62,614 nucleotides of DNA, filler included, from Sluysia triapertura (GCA_046118255.1; 5 parts of 5 records of this genome joined end to end with filler, not necessarily neighbours in it); one strand, 5' to 3'; shown: positions 1 through 13,435, numbered from the whole stretch's first letter. Notes: generated by a model not told the origin, from the letters alone. A program made the numbers and translations.

Positions 1-2016
1 TATATATATATAGAACGAAATGCATTTTAGCGAACTCCACATATACGCGACACAATCACAAGCACACGCCATCAAAAATTAAAATTTTATCAGCAAACAA
101 ATCACTAAACAAGTTATCCGACTCATACAAAACACAGACACAATCATAATGTATAGTTATCATGAGATACAATTGTCATCATAATTCTTATAATAATTTT
201 ATATAATAATTATTATAATAATTTAGTTGAATTTACTAAATTCAAATCTAAACTAATCGAGGATTATTTTTTGGAAATATTTGCGCCGTATTCCAAAATA
301 ACACCGCATAAATTTCTGGAAATACTATTTATATACGAAGTTTCCATATGATTTATTTCACTACACTGGAATTAAGATCATGTATGAGATTAATTATATC
401 AATGGTTTATTTGAGTTACATTTATTTATTTACATTTGTACAGTAATGCTATAATTTGTGTAATTATTTCGTCATTAACATTGGTGATTAATAAGGAGCT
501 ATCATTTATAATACTAGATCATACAGCCAAAGTGTCGTTTATACCACATTTCCTACTATTACAGTTACTATTACGGCTATTACTGCTACTACCACTGAAA
601 CAAGCACTGAAAATACAAAAATTAATTAAAATTAAAAATAATTAATATCCTAATTAAAGAGTTAAAAACATCAATAGTTCTAAATTATGCAAAAAGTATC
701 TATAGAATAATTTGTTTCAACGATGAATTCAATGATATTATTCAAAGACATTAATTAATGGGGTTGCTATCGAATGTTCTAATTTCTGAATTAATATACA
801 ATGGTGTTTTTTTTGTTTTTAATCCTTATATTATTCAATAATATAAAGTTTACACATTTTGTTTTCACGTTTTTAAAATTAAGTTTTATTTTCAAAGCCA
901 TTAAGCCTGTTTTGTTTCTTAATTTATTAACTTTTAAAAGTTTAAATAGTAAAAGCAACTTGAATATAATTTGTTCATAAAATTACTTAAAGTTTTAAAT
1001 AGACATAAGTCCCTCAAATAAAGGTTTATGAGGTCTTAATTTTGACATAAATAATGGTATATATAAATGATCAACAAAATTAATAATCATAATAATACTA
1101 ATAACAGTGTTAATAATAATAATAATAATTAATAGTAGAAACTCTTTCTTTTTTATATTTCTTTATAAATTAAAATATTAAAATGTTACGTGTCACAATC
1201 ATTACGCATTGTTACAACATCATTCAAATTAAGTATTTATAATTTAAAAACCGTAAGTTAAATTTTATTAACATATTTAATGATTTATAATTAATATTAA
1301 TAATATACTTAAACATAAAATTATAAATTTAACATAATATAAAATCATAAATTTACAGAAATTACAGTTGTACTATTGTTTTTAGATGGTCTAACAATAA
1401 TATAATTAGACGGTTATTATTTATTTGTATTTCATTATCGAATACAACAAATCAAAACAGCTCTAGGTTCTTCTAATCATTTGGCAAATTAATATCTAAT
1501 TTCAGGTAATTGTTCGTGATCGGTATCAAAATCAGATGTAATCACAAATGTAAAAAAAGGATAATCTAGTTCCAAATCAGCTATTCATATTTCTTAGTTT
1601 ATTTTTTATTAAGATAATTCAAATTTCTAAGAATTGATTATTCATATTTTCAAAATTCACAGTCAATGTTTCTCGATAATCTGTATTTCAACTTACACTG
1701 ATTGATTCGGCATTACTAAGTGCAATGTATATTTCCATTGAATGTATCAGTAGTGTGCAATGTTACGAGAAAAAATTTCAGTAATCTTGAATCATTATAA
1801 TTTTCGTTTGACAAATAAGTTAAATTGAGTTTATTTTTTTGTAAATCTACATGTACCAAACTAAAGCTGATGGTTCAACTCTACCTAGTTTTACGTAAAG
1901 TATTGTACTTATAAAGTGTCAAAGTTATTAGGTTTTATTATCTTAAATTAGTTTTATTTTGTAAATATTATTTCCAAAAAAATTTTATTGTTACATATAT
2001 TTTATTTTATTAAATA

Positions 2017-3806
2017 TGTTGGGATTGTCCAACGGTGGACCGGAAGACGAGTGAAAACAGGCAAAATCACAAAATAAAGAAACTGGTACAGGGTAATGGT
2101 TGAAACATTATGAATATTGTTGGAATAAGTATAATAAAGATGAAATTATCTATAGGGATGTTGAAAGCTGAAGAGTACCTTAGAGAAATACCTTGAAAAT
2201 ACAATGGAGTTCCAAAGACCTATATGAGCTTTTGAGACCCTGTGGAAGTTTGAAATAGATTCAAGTATTAAAGGTATTAAAGTAACTTCGAACTTGTGAA
2301 TCTTTAAATCATGTAAGACCTTATTAACCTTTAAGTATCCTTGAAAACTTGATAAGCATTTTGGATCTTCAAGTAACCTTATAGAGTATTTAAAATCTTT
2401 AAAATATTTGAGAAATAAAAGCATTGTTCAAAATAGTAAAGGTAAGTTTAATATGGTAATAATTAACATGAAGAAATAGAAAAATACCTTATAATCTACT
2501 AAATAACTTTAGAACTTCAATAAGACCTTTAAAAATAAAATAAGATTAAGTCCAAAAATAGATTAAAATCGTAATTAACTTAATTAAGAAACAGTACGTC
2601 TTTATGAATAATTTTTGAATGCGTAATGCTATGTTAAATTTCAAACTGTGTATGTATTTGTTTTGAAAAGAACTTTCGATGAAGGTATGGTTTGTCTGAG
2701 TTCGTGCAAGGAAAGGCTTAATATTAAGCAATGTCAAATTTTTATTAATTTTTAATTATGAAATGTTGAATTTTTATACTCATAATGATGCAAATATAAT
2801 GAATTAAATATGAGGTGATTGTTATGAATGATATGAATCTAGAAGTGATTTCGAAATGTTTGCAGAATTGTTTGTTTGAGAATAAGAAATCATTTTTCAT
2901 TAGAAAATTTGATATGAAAAATTGAAAATTAATTAAATTCTAAAAAGTGAAATTAAATTCATTATTTTTATATATGTTAATAATATTGTTGATTGTTATT
3001 TTAATGTGAGAAGTAATTTATGTAAACAAATGATGGTTGATAATAAATCAAATTTTTGTGTTTTGTACCTAATGAAGTTTGACAGAACAACCATGTAATT
3101 GTCAAGGTCTGATTCTCAAAAAACTTTTAATGATTTGTGTGAGAGAGTGTTTGATTGTGAAACTCGAGATTGATTGTATGATGAGATAGTATAAAAACGA
3201 AAAAATTTAAAAAATTACAACACAAATGTGTTCTTGGTAAGACTTTCGTATTTTTTGATTTTATTATTTCAGTATTATTATTTTATTAGATTTTATTGTT
3301 TTGGGGAATGTCCTTAATTTGTTTTATCATTTCATTTTTTTAACATTCTGGGAAACACTCTGCCAAATTTATTCTTTTTTAAAATATTTGATTTTTATTT
3401 TGTTTTGCATTATTTGGAAAGAATATAAATAGTATTTTTTGTCAAATCTTAATTTTTGTTGCGTCACATCTGGTTTCATTTTGTGTGGGTTATTGTGTAC
3501 TTAACATTGTTATAAAAGTTAATGTTGATTTTCTTTTAATTGTTATCGTTTCTAGTCAACTCATTTATATTGTATTTACTGTAGTAATTTGTATTTATTT
3601 TTTGTAATTATTACAACACTGAGTTTTGTTATTATTTTAAATTAAAGAATATAACTTCTGTTGGGGTTGAACAGTTACCGTTACTAATCTAATAGAATTT
3701 GAGATAATTTAAATTTATTTTCATAAGTATTGAAATATTGGGATTCCATTTAAGTAAATTAAAATATTACTCAATTATTCTAATCGGTTAATTCCAAGCC
3801 CCAACA
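2017..3806 (+). mobile_element. Family A copy 1: 1.79-kb solo-LTR-like non-coding element
   Basis: Starts TGTTGGG (2017), ends CCCAACA (3806), flanked by direct repeat AATA (2013-2016 and 3807-3810). Alignable to 22884-24839 and 48410-49812 on the opposite strand. Orientation is arbitrary. Confidence 0.8.
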
Positions 3807-4029
3807 AATACTCTAACTTTCATATGAACCTACATAAAAGAAATTATTGTAAATAATTTTATAATAATTTTATAACAATTTATAACAAACGATAAAACTT
3901 GCAATAATAAACTTTTTATGAACAAATAGTAATAAACTTTTATAGTTAATAATATTTTATATACTCTTTAATAATAAAATATTTATGCAATAAAATAAAT
4001 AATACGTAAAGTAGTATAATTAACAGCGA

Positions 4030-5861
4030 AAATAAGCATTCTTTCAATCATTATTTATACAATTGAAATTTTGGATCCATACTACGGTTTTTATCATTTA
4101 AGGTGATTATTTACAAGAAATCTTTGATTATTCTCTAGAAAAAGGAAAAATTGTGTTCATCTTCCATTAGTTACAACAAACTGTCATCATATCCGAATCG
4201 TGATTACCACAGTTTATTCTTTAGTGTTCGAGATTAATTCGTAAGCTTTTATTAATAAGTTACTCTTTATAATACCTAGAATCATACTTAAACTTTTAAA
4301 CATTAAAGCGAAGAATTATCCTGGCTTAAAATCTACTTTACATTCTTTAATATTCTATTTTAACAATTTAAGTTTGTTAAGAAAAAATAAAGATTCAAAA
4401 GCAAGATCGTGTAAATCTTCATAAAGAATTTGTTTTTTTATCAGCGTTTTATATTATCATTATCGTTCTTAATGTCATCATTTTTAATTTCATATATGTC
4501 GAGAAAGCAAAAAATTTAAAAGCAAGTTCTTGTATAAGTTTCAAAAAGAATTTTGTGTATTTAGTAATAATAGTAATATTAATAACATTCTTGTTATTAT
4601 TCTTATTACTATAATCATTTTATTTTTCATTATTATTCATTATTATCGTTTTATTAATTTTTAACCACATAAGCAATTAACTTGGTATCTGCCATCATCA
4701 GCAGTGACATTTTTAATTTGCATTTATAGTTTAACGTCACTGTTGATGATGGTTGTCATCACAATACAATTTGTTTGTGTGTCGATCTGCTTTTCTCATC
4801 ATTGTTTTGTGGTGTTTCTATTGGCCGTCCAACCAGAGCTAGCATTACTGTTTTTATCATTTCAATACCTCTGGTTGGACAAGCAATAAAAAATCGTCGT
4901 ACTAAAGATACAACTAAAAAAAGATTTAACAAATTCATAGAGCTTAGAAATTAAAAAATGGAAATTGTGGTCAATGTAATATAATTCTAAGGACAATGAT
5001 AGAGTTTTGCGGAAATTTAGTTATTTGGTTTCTCTTTATGCTTATCTAAAACGTCATTTTACATCTTCTCGCTTAATATTATTTAGAAATTTACCTTGCA
5101 TAAGCGAAAATAAAAGCTGTAATGAAATTAAGTGTGAGAAAAATATAATAGACATGCGAGTATTTACATCAAAATTCATTTAAAACTTCAGGTCCAAATG
5201 TTTTTATTCCATTTGTGAATAACTCGTATGCTTTAGTAACTGATATGTTTGATGATATTAATAATGAGTGTTACTGGGAAACTGTGCAAGCATTCGGTTC
5301 AATATTTGTTGTACGCCACTTAAAAAATATGGCAAGAAAGTCATTGGAAATTTACCTGATATATAAATTTGATTCAGTACAGTTAAAATTTCCGAATTAG
5401 ATAAGTTTATCTTTACTAGAGATCAATTATTTCAAGATACATCACAGTATAGAATTAGTTATTCATAGCTATTATTAAAAATTAAAGAATTTGAACGTAA
5501 AAAATGATCATATAACTTTTATTCAATTTTAATTAATATTATGACAATATTTGATGAACCTTTAGTGTATTAAGATCGAAAGACATACTAAATCTTTGTG
5601 ATTACAAAGATGTTGATGAATCAATTGATGAATTAATGAAGTTGAAAAAGATTGACGTTGTATTAATCTATCATAACGTGTATTCGCATGACACTAATTA
5701 CATTATACATGATAAAGTTTCAAATGAATTTATATCTGAAAAGATAAAGCAAGTAAATGAAGACAGAATGTTCCGGAAAATGATTTACGAACCTATTTCT
5801 GATTATCAAACCAATGTTACATGCTATACTGAGTACAAACAAGATACTCATGCTATCAAAG
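4030..5861 (+). mobile_element. Family B copy 1, degraded and interrupted at 5862 by copy 2
   Basis: ATT-rich tract 4560-4660, hairpins 4691-4753 and 4827-4880, then broken ORFs. Shares AGATCGTGTAAA (about 4404) with copy 2 (about 6671). Left boundary approximate. Confidence 0.55.
4691..4880 (+). ncRNA. Two-hairpin structured module, copy 1
   Basis: HP1 gccatcatcagcagtgac/gtcactgttgatgatggt (18 bp, 2 G-U). HP2 gtccaaccagag/ctctggttggac (12 bp perfect). Function as RNA is inferred. Confidence 0.55.
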
Positions 5862-6824
5862 TGTAGTGGTCAACACTCACAACTTTAAATTCATCAAAAT
5901 ATTACATTTAACACTCATAATTCAAACTTCACTAAAACATAATATCTAAAGCAATCACATGTCATACTATCAAATTACACCAACTCAATCATTATAAACA
6001 ACACTCTACATTGATAATATCTCATCATCTCATATGTACCAACAATTCGACTAACACCCTCAGCCATCTACGTCACAACATACTCAGATAATTAATCCCG
6101 AATAATCTACAACATTCACTCAAAAGCTATTCCATCAAACAAACCACAACCATAATACATAATACAGGAATCATAAATATACTAACACCACTTAACAACG
6201 TTAACAAGTACCTTAGACATAGAAGACATTTCCATCAAAATCTCTAACCAATTACACCAAACTAAACTTACTTCATTTACACATGTTCATCACCAATACT
6301 CATCTTAACGACACTACAAATACGCTAGGATTTATTTTGTAATCGTCTTTTAAAATTAAGCTAACTTCAACCTTTCAATAAGCATCCCAAACTATCATAT
6401 TCAAGGCATAAATCTTGTTTTTAATTACAAACCATTAATAAACTTCAGTAAATTATCCTAAACTTTTTCGTTTCAAACACAGCTCAAATCAACCTTTTCA
6501 TCTACATTAGTAAACAATACAAATTCTTAAAAATTCATCATTTTATTACGAAACAGTAACGCCAATCGAAGTTTAGCATATTACTTTACCGTCGCTACTA
6601 AAGTAACAACAACCGATTTTACTCTTCTTTCTACTTTATATATGTGAGAAATTAAAGAATTTAAAAGAACAGATCGTGTAAAGTCTTTAAAGATGAAGTG
6701 TATGCGTTTTATTTTAATAACAATAATAATAATCGCAATGTTATCATTGTTATTATTATTATTACTCTTATTAACTCATTAAATATAAAACATTTCACAT
6801 AATTGATGATCAATCCTGTTACTG

Positions 6825-6991
6825 CCATCACCAGTGTTGACAGTCTGTCACATTTCTCATTAGACTGTCAGCGCTGATGATGGTCAGTCATCAGTTATTC
6901 TTCGTGTTGATTATTAGTTAGAATTCTAATATTTTCATCCAATCGAGACCTAATTTTACCTTTATCAATTTTAAAGGCCTCGATTGGATGA
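6825..6991 (+). ncRNA. Two-hairpin structured module, copy 2
   Basis: HP1 6825-6883 (22 bp, 1 mismatch, 2 G-U). HP2 6935-6991 tcatccaatcgag/ctcgattggatga. Confidence 0.55.
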
Positions 6992-7269
6992 CCAATAACA
7001 ATACATGAAAAAATTAAGAAACTAAAAATAGCGTATAATACAATTTAATTATATCATATTAGTGAAATACAGAGCAGAAGTTTTAAAACGTGAAAAAATA
7101 AAACAGAATTGAATTTTATAAATTGAATTTTATTAGTAAATCAGTAGCACATTTTCAATAAAAATTATCTCTAAAATATTGCATTGTTGTGTGGAATTAA
7201 ATTTTATTTGCGAATTCTGTTGTACATTTTCGTAAAGTATTATATCTAAAATTTTGAATTTTAAAATTA

Positions 7270-8980
7270 ATGATCGGAGCTAATTTTTCTCAGACTTTAT
7301 CAATATTTAATAAAGTCAGATTACAGAATTTATTTTCATATCATTTTAACGGTAACATTGTTAACATCATCAATAATGGACATTCCAATTCAACTATTAA
7401 CTGTTTGAATATGATAATTGACGTTACCGAATCGACGTTACCAAATTCAACAACAGATGTCACTTTAGTAATTGTTGAAGAAAGTCAAATTATATTGCTT
7501 ACATCTCCATTTATATCAAAAATTGAGTCACAACCTATTGACTTTAGTTTTCATAGTAATACATTCAAGCAGAACCATCTATGAAGACAAAATTTTCAAT
7601 GCAAGAACCGACAGCAGTCCACAATACATCTCTTCCTGTAAGTTCTATGTCAAAAAAATCAAATTGCTTACAAGATAAAGATGTCTACTTAGATCATTCA
7701 TTAGTAACAACGTCAATGGTAATAAATAAAGAACGCCTTAATTTTGATAAGTTTAATGTCGACGAAATATATCTTGACAATGTTAGTAATTTTCCACCAA
7801 GAAATTATTCAATTAACTCGGCATCTTGTCTATATTCTGAAGACAATAATGTTGATCATATGAGATTAAACATTAAATTAGACTTATTACAAACAAAACA
7901 ATTGTGGCAAAATAATGCTATAAGTGCACTTAGTAATGTTGATCCTACCTATGAAAGAATGTATAATTTCTATGAAACCGATGAAAAAGTAGTTAACTTA
8001 GATACAAAACCCAGCATGATGGCTACCGCTAAAATACATATTCAACTGTGGTTCCTTATAACCGGCTAACTAATCAGAACTCGAGTTTTCGCAATCCAAA
8101 AAAATTAAGATAGACCCTTATTTGGTTTTCGAATTAACAGTATTTATCGATAACTATTCAGATATCCTTAATAATATCATTATGTTAGATAACAAAAGAA
8201 TGATCTACCACACCATCAAAGTCAAGTCGATTGTAGACCTAAGCTTATGTATGCAGTATCGAGACGTCGTCAATTTGCAACAATGTAAGATTTTATTGCT
8301 TAAAATTTTAATTGGTGAGTTTTGGGTTCTTTTTGACGGAATTACTATTCGTAACGTGATGAACTATGTGTTAATTTCAATATTAGTTTATGCTAGTCTT
8401 AACAGGTCCACGAGGAGCAACAAGCTGGTCTAACTATTCAGGGATCACGAAAAGAAAAGAAAACTAGAGATAAACTTTTAAATTTAAATAAAATTTTAAT
8501 GTTTTTAAACGAATACAAACGTGTTGATGCTATTATGTCAATTAATTGTGTTTTAAAATTTTTTTCATTAGGTCAAAGGAATAATAAATTTACTCTATGT
8601 TGTCTAAAATTAATCAAAGTAACTATCAATAACAACTTTAACGATTTAAAATTCAAATTTATTAGAATTGAATCTGATTATGCAAGGATTCAATACTTAA
8701 TTAAAAAATTGAAATTAAGATCTTGCCAAACTCTATTAGTGTAGAAAGCCCACCTACGGCTATTAGTAAGGATCTAAACAATCTTTATTCTCAGTGTGAT
8801 CTTCAATATAATTTTCAAAATGAGAATTCGTATACTAGACTGAACCAATATGAACATAAGCAGAAGAACCTTACGTCATTTATAAAGTCTATCAATAAGA
8901 TATTATCAGCTAACCTCGGGAGAATGATTAACTTTAAACGCTCTAAACACTTAAAACAACCAAAAAAGTCAATCGAATGA
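7270..8980 (+). pseudogene. Fragmented ORF region of family B copy 2, product unknown
   Basis: Run of same-strand abutting ORFs (7270-7584, 7581-8069, 8122-8433, 8499-8744, 8723-8980) with Ser/Asn/Thr-rich start and no recognisable domain. Confidence 0.4.
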
Positions 8981-9599
8981 TACGTCATTATAAATTGAAC
9001 CTCACCGGTCAATGCCTAAAACTTGGAGCTACTTGCAGTCTTGCGCACAATATTAACCAAGACTCTGCGACGACTTAGCAACATCACATAACAAGAGATT
9101 GGAACATTTACTACTCTCCTTGAAGAAGAAATCAATAAATACTGAAATTTTCTCAAAGACGAAACCCTTTTGGCAAAACAACGATTTGGATTCAATTAAA
9201 GTAAAACTTTATAAATGCAACAACAAATTTTTATTATTTATGACTTTTATTTTAGATATAAGAAATTGGATTGATCCCTCATGGCATATTTTAATTTTAA
9301 TTCGTGTTTTGAATTTTATAATCAATAAATATCAGGAATGTGCTTTCTTTCTTTTAGATCAATAAATTTAAAAGTAAATTTTATGGTAATTGTGAAGTTT
9401 AAAGTTTTAATATTTAAGTTTCTTAAATATTTTAAAAAAATAAATAAATTTAATAATATAATAGACATAAGAACAACAAAGTACTTAAAAATTTAGCATT
9501 TGTAATAATATGCTTTCTTAAAAATTTGTTTAACTTTTATTTATTTTGCTGCCTAAAGTAAGGTCGCTGACTCTAATCGGACGTAAAATATAGGAAAAT

Positions 9600-9922
9600 T
9601 ATTAAGGTCCACCGTTTTTGATATACGGTTGAAAACTATTACTCAAAATAACATTCTTGATTTGAATTTATAATTTGGACATAATAAAGTATTTTGAAAC
9701 TTAAAACAATTGTGATTTTAGTGTTATTCGTAATTAGCATTTGATAAACTTTTTTAAAAAACTGAAATTGACATTGCACAAGCCACTATAACCTTGCCCA
9801 AAATATATAATTGTTTCAAAATAAACCTACTTGTACCTTCATATAAGTTCTTCTAAAATACTGCTCACAACTTAGTCCTTAAGTGAGTAGGACTAAGATT
9901 ATAAGGGACTCGCAGCATAAGA
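9600..9922 (+). repeat. Dispersed repeat family C, copy 1
   Basis: caacttagtccttaagtgagtaggactaagattataagggactcgcagcataa and aaggtccaccg...cggttgaaaa match the reverse complement of 36660-36990. Confidence 0.65.
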
Positions 9923-11337
9923 AAATAAAATTAACCAAGCCTTAACATATAATAAAAGAATTTAACATTTTTAATTGTTCTTATACGAACTTAAAGTAAA
10001 TAAAAATTATTATACAAGTAAAAAAGGTACTCTAATAGCAAAACTTACTAATTTGGTTTATTATAAAAAATTTGTAATATTATTTTTGATCCAAATTTCC
10101 ATTAATAAACCGAATTGGCGAAATTCAAAAAAAGTGTAAAACTTGATATATTGTTCAAAACAATTTGTGTCACATACAAGTTATAAAAAAATTCCTGAAA
10201 ATTCCACAACTTTCTAAAAGTTTCATTTTCTATTTAAAAAAATATTACCTCCGTTCAAAAATGATTGTCTCGTTATTTTTATATACAATATATATTAACA
10301 TCAATTCCACTTTGGACAACTTTTTTTTATTTATGAAAATATTTTATTATAAATCATATTATTACTTATTTCATAATACATTGCAAACAGTTTCATTTGC
10401 TTCCATATTGCATGTTAATTGTTCCTATGGAAATTTCCTATAGTTAGACAGCACCAGAAGTGTTTGCAGGATGGCATTTCTCTCATCGTCACTTAAATTT
10501 ATATACTTTACACCAGAACGTTTGCTTAACATGATTTTAAGTTATTTGGCCTGAAAAGAAAATAGTAGCAGGTTATTTTGGTGTACAACCAAAAAAATTA
10601 GAAAAATTTCAGAAATTGCTAATTATATATATTATTATTATAAACTGAACAATTACTTTCCAAAAATTATTTTATGATTTTATGATTCTATTGTTCATAA
10701 ACAAATAACTTATTGTCGTCTTATATTGTTAAGTCAGCAAGAAATGTCAAATGAGACAATCATTTTTAAATAGAGGTAGTACTATTTTTTTTTATAAAAT
10801 AATTTTCTTTTTTTTGAAGTTTTATAATTTTAAAGGTTCTGGTGGTAACCTAAAATTTTGAATACTACTAAATATACTTTTTCTGATTAAAATTAATTTG
10901 TTATTAACATAGTTCCTATTTGTGTTTACGTTTATTTGTTTTTTAAAGGGCAAATAATTTTCCTTTATATTAAGATGCAAATTCCTATGTAACTAATCTC
11001 ATACTAAAATTACGTGTATTTTCAAATTAATGCTGATGTCATTTAATGATGAACAACAATTAATTGGTATTAAGTTTGACAAAAACCTTAGCCAATCTTA
11101 TAAACTATCCAATTTTATAATAAATTTTATTCGAACTTATCAATCCAAAAGATTAAAAAATAATTAAAATATAATCGTAAGACGACGCAATGAAATACTT
11201 AAATTATTTATGTCGTATAGTTTTCAATTAAACATAAATAATCATAAAATAATGATTAAGCAATTGATGATTATTTTAAATTATTCCAAAGATACCCAGA
11301 CAAGTATACATTCAAATGCAAAAAATGTATAGATTAC

Positions 11338-11420
11338 CTCGTATTTCCTATCAGTGATAATCGCGCCACCATCATTTAAATCCATTAGGGTTACCTCAAT
11401 ATCACACAAGTTAACTTCAT
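11338..11420 (-). CDS. Possible isolated exon (EVNLCDIEVTLMDLNDGGAIITDRKYE)
   Basis: AACAG acceptor, open frame, GAG|GTAATC donor, higher GC than its flanks. Parent gene uncertain. Confidence 0.3.
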
Positions 11421-11807
11421 CTGTTATTTATTATTCCTTAACATTTTATTTATTCTTATTCTGTTAATTTTTCCTAAAGATTGTATATTCCAAATATACA
11501 AAAACTGCTGTAGTAAATTACGACTTACTCAAAAAATCAAAAAATTATACCATAGCCTATTCTAGCAAAACGTGGTATTATATTCTTTATATGCTTATGT
11601 AGGTTAGTCGATAAAGTTAAAATTAAATAATTATGCATTGTTAAAAGATTTAATGATTAAATTTAAACATAAAAATATCGAATTTTTATATGAAATTTAT
11701 ATAATTTAATTTTTAATAATTAAACAATATTAAAATAAATATAAAATCAAAATTCTTTTAATAATTCTATTAAATATTTCTCAAAAATAGATCTGATTTT
11801 TCATTCT

Positions 11808-12426
11808 TTAACCTCTTAATCCTCTTATTAACGTTTTAAACTCTGAAATATAAAAATACAATACAATATTTGATTAGTTTATCTAATATATAGATTTTCT
11901 AAATTTAGTAATTTAATAGTACACACTTTTTTTAGATTTTTTATGATGATTTTAAGTAATTATTATCTTATACTATTTATCATTGTAAAATATGAATAAA
12001 AAATTTTATTTCTTTAAAATAGTGTCATTATTGAAAATTAATTGTTTTTTAGGTTATAGAATATTGGCTAATATTTTAAAATTAAGTCCTTAACCAACGG
12101 ATTTTAAATAATTTTTTTATATTTTAACAAAGTATTATCGCATATTGACAGGATATACTTATTTTGAAAAAATAATAACCGTTAAAATCAATGCGATCAT
12201 CTTTATTAGTATCTGCTTCATTCAACATTTCAATCAATTCCGAATCCGTAATTTCAGGCATAACATTTCTCATGACATATTCAAGTTCAGAAAAATCAAT
12301 ATAACCATCGTTATTCAAGTCAAAAATCTATATAAAATCCCAATTAATCAATAATTACTTTTATAGCTTTAAAGAATCAATTACCAGGAATAAATCCATC
12401 ATTTCGCTTTCTGGCATTAAATTCAT
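11808..12426 (-). CDS. Calmodulin-like EF-hand calcium-binding protein, 3' exons (12385 to about 12426, 12180-12327, 11808-11842)
   Basis: GT-AG splicing gives MNLMPESEMMDLFL|IFDLNNDGYIDFSELEYVMRNVMPEITDSELIEMLNEADTNKDDRIDFN|EFKTLIRGLRG*, with two EF-hand loops. The 5' end is uncertain. Confidence 0.85.
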
Positions 12427-13363
12427 GCTTAATTTTATATCAACATAAAACTTTAAGCAGTTAATTGAAACTATATGAAAATATTTCTAAATTTAAGTCA
12501 TGCACAATGTTAATGTGCAATACAGATCTATTTGATGATGTAGATAATGATACAGCTTAAATGACTTAAAGTTTTGTAATAAATTTAAGAGTGGCACTTT
12601 GCTATGCTTTTATTCATTTTAGTTTTACTGTTTATGAAATATCTCATAGCATAAAAATCTATTTAAAAATCTATTAAAATAATATAAGTAGTGGCATTTA
12701 ATTTAAAAACAATATGCTTTTGAAAAGTTTATATATATTTTATTAAGAAAAAATGAAAATAAATACTTCTTAACTATTTTCAATTTTTTATTTTAAAATT
12801 AGTATTTATAAATTAAATTCTTAAATAAAATTACTTTGGTACTTTGATGAATGAAAATTATAATATTTTAGAGTAATATTACTATTGATCACAAAGTACG
12901 TAAAATCAATTTGTAAATTATTCGTGAAATAAGCTTTATTATATTTTGATTAATTATTATGCATATTTATGGAAAAATTAGTTTTCACGTAAATTAATAA
13001 TTAAATTACGATTTTGTTATTGCAACTAAATATAAAATATATTTACCTTATGTGATTAGTTATCTTGCCAAATAAGAGTAAATAATACTAGATTTATACA
13101 TGACTAATATATTTTATAGGAATTTTATCAATTTTAAAGATTTAATTAAATGTTTTTTTAATCTAGAATTTGTAAAATAAAATTTTTATTAGATTGGAAT
13201 GTAATATCATTAAGTTCTGAAATTCTGCAAATTCATCCTTTTAAAGTTTTATTTGAACTTACTAAATCCACTTCTAGATATACATAAACTCGTAGTTAAA
13301 ATTGCTAAATATGTAGAGTTTAATAATTCCTTTTGAAATCAAGTTTCTCATTGGAATAATAAC

Positions 13364-13364
<1 letters not shown>

Positions 13365-13435
<71 letters not shown>
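13365..13435. repeat. (ATT)n microsatellite at contig end
   Basis: Perfect trinucleotide run ending at the gap. Confidence 0.95.

Larger units (their letters stand above)
5862..9478 (+). mobile_element. Family B copy 2 (about 3.6 kb)
   Basis: Starts TGTAGTGGTCAACACTCA, matching the reverse complement of 51559 leftwards (TGTAGTGGCCAACACTCA). G-poor leader, ATT tract, hairpins 6825-6991, fragmented ORFs 7270-8980. Candidate end ACATAAGAACAACA at 9478 resembles the copy 3 end; flanks AAAG/AAGT are imperfect, so the right boundary is tentative. Confidence 0.6.

Noticed and set aside
436-645. Short 60-100 aa ORFs such as this one throughout the window
   Set aside because: Composition typical of random AT-rich frames, often non-ATG starts, no motifs or splice support.
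6870-6895. Hammerhead ribozyme suggested by CTGATGA
   Set aside because: CTGATGA lies inside the HP1 stem, is not conserved in all copies, and no correctly placed GAAA or three-way junction was found.
6935-6991. HP2 as just an inverted pair of CCAAT (NF-Y) boxes
   Set aside because: Two copies change both arms to CCAAC/GTTGG, breaking the box but keeping pairing. A promoter role is not fully excluded.
10430-10535. Mariner-like transposase N-terminus (NLSDDERNAILQTLLVLS, minus strand)
   Set aside because: Too short, no TIR or catalytic motif; resemblance only.
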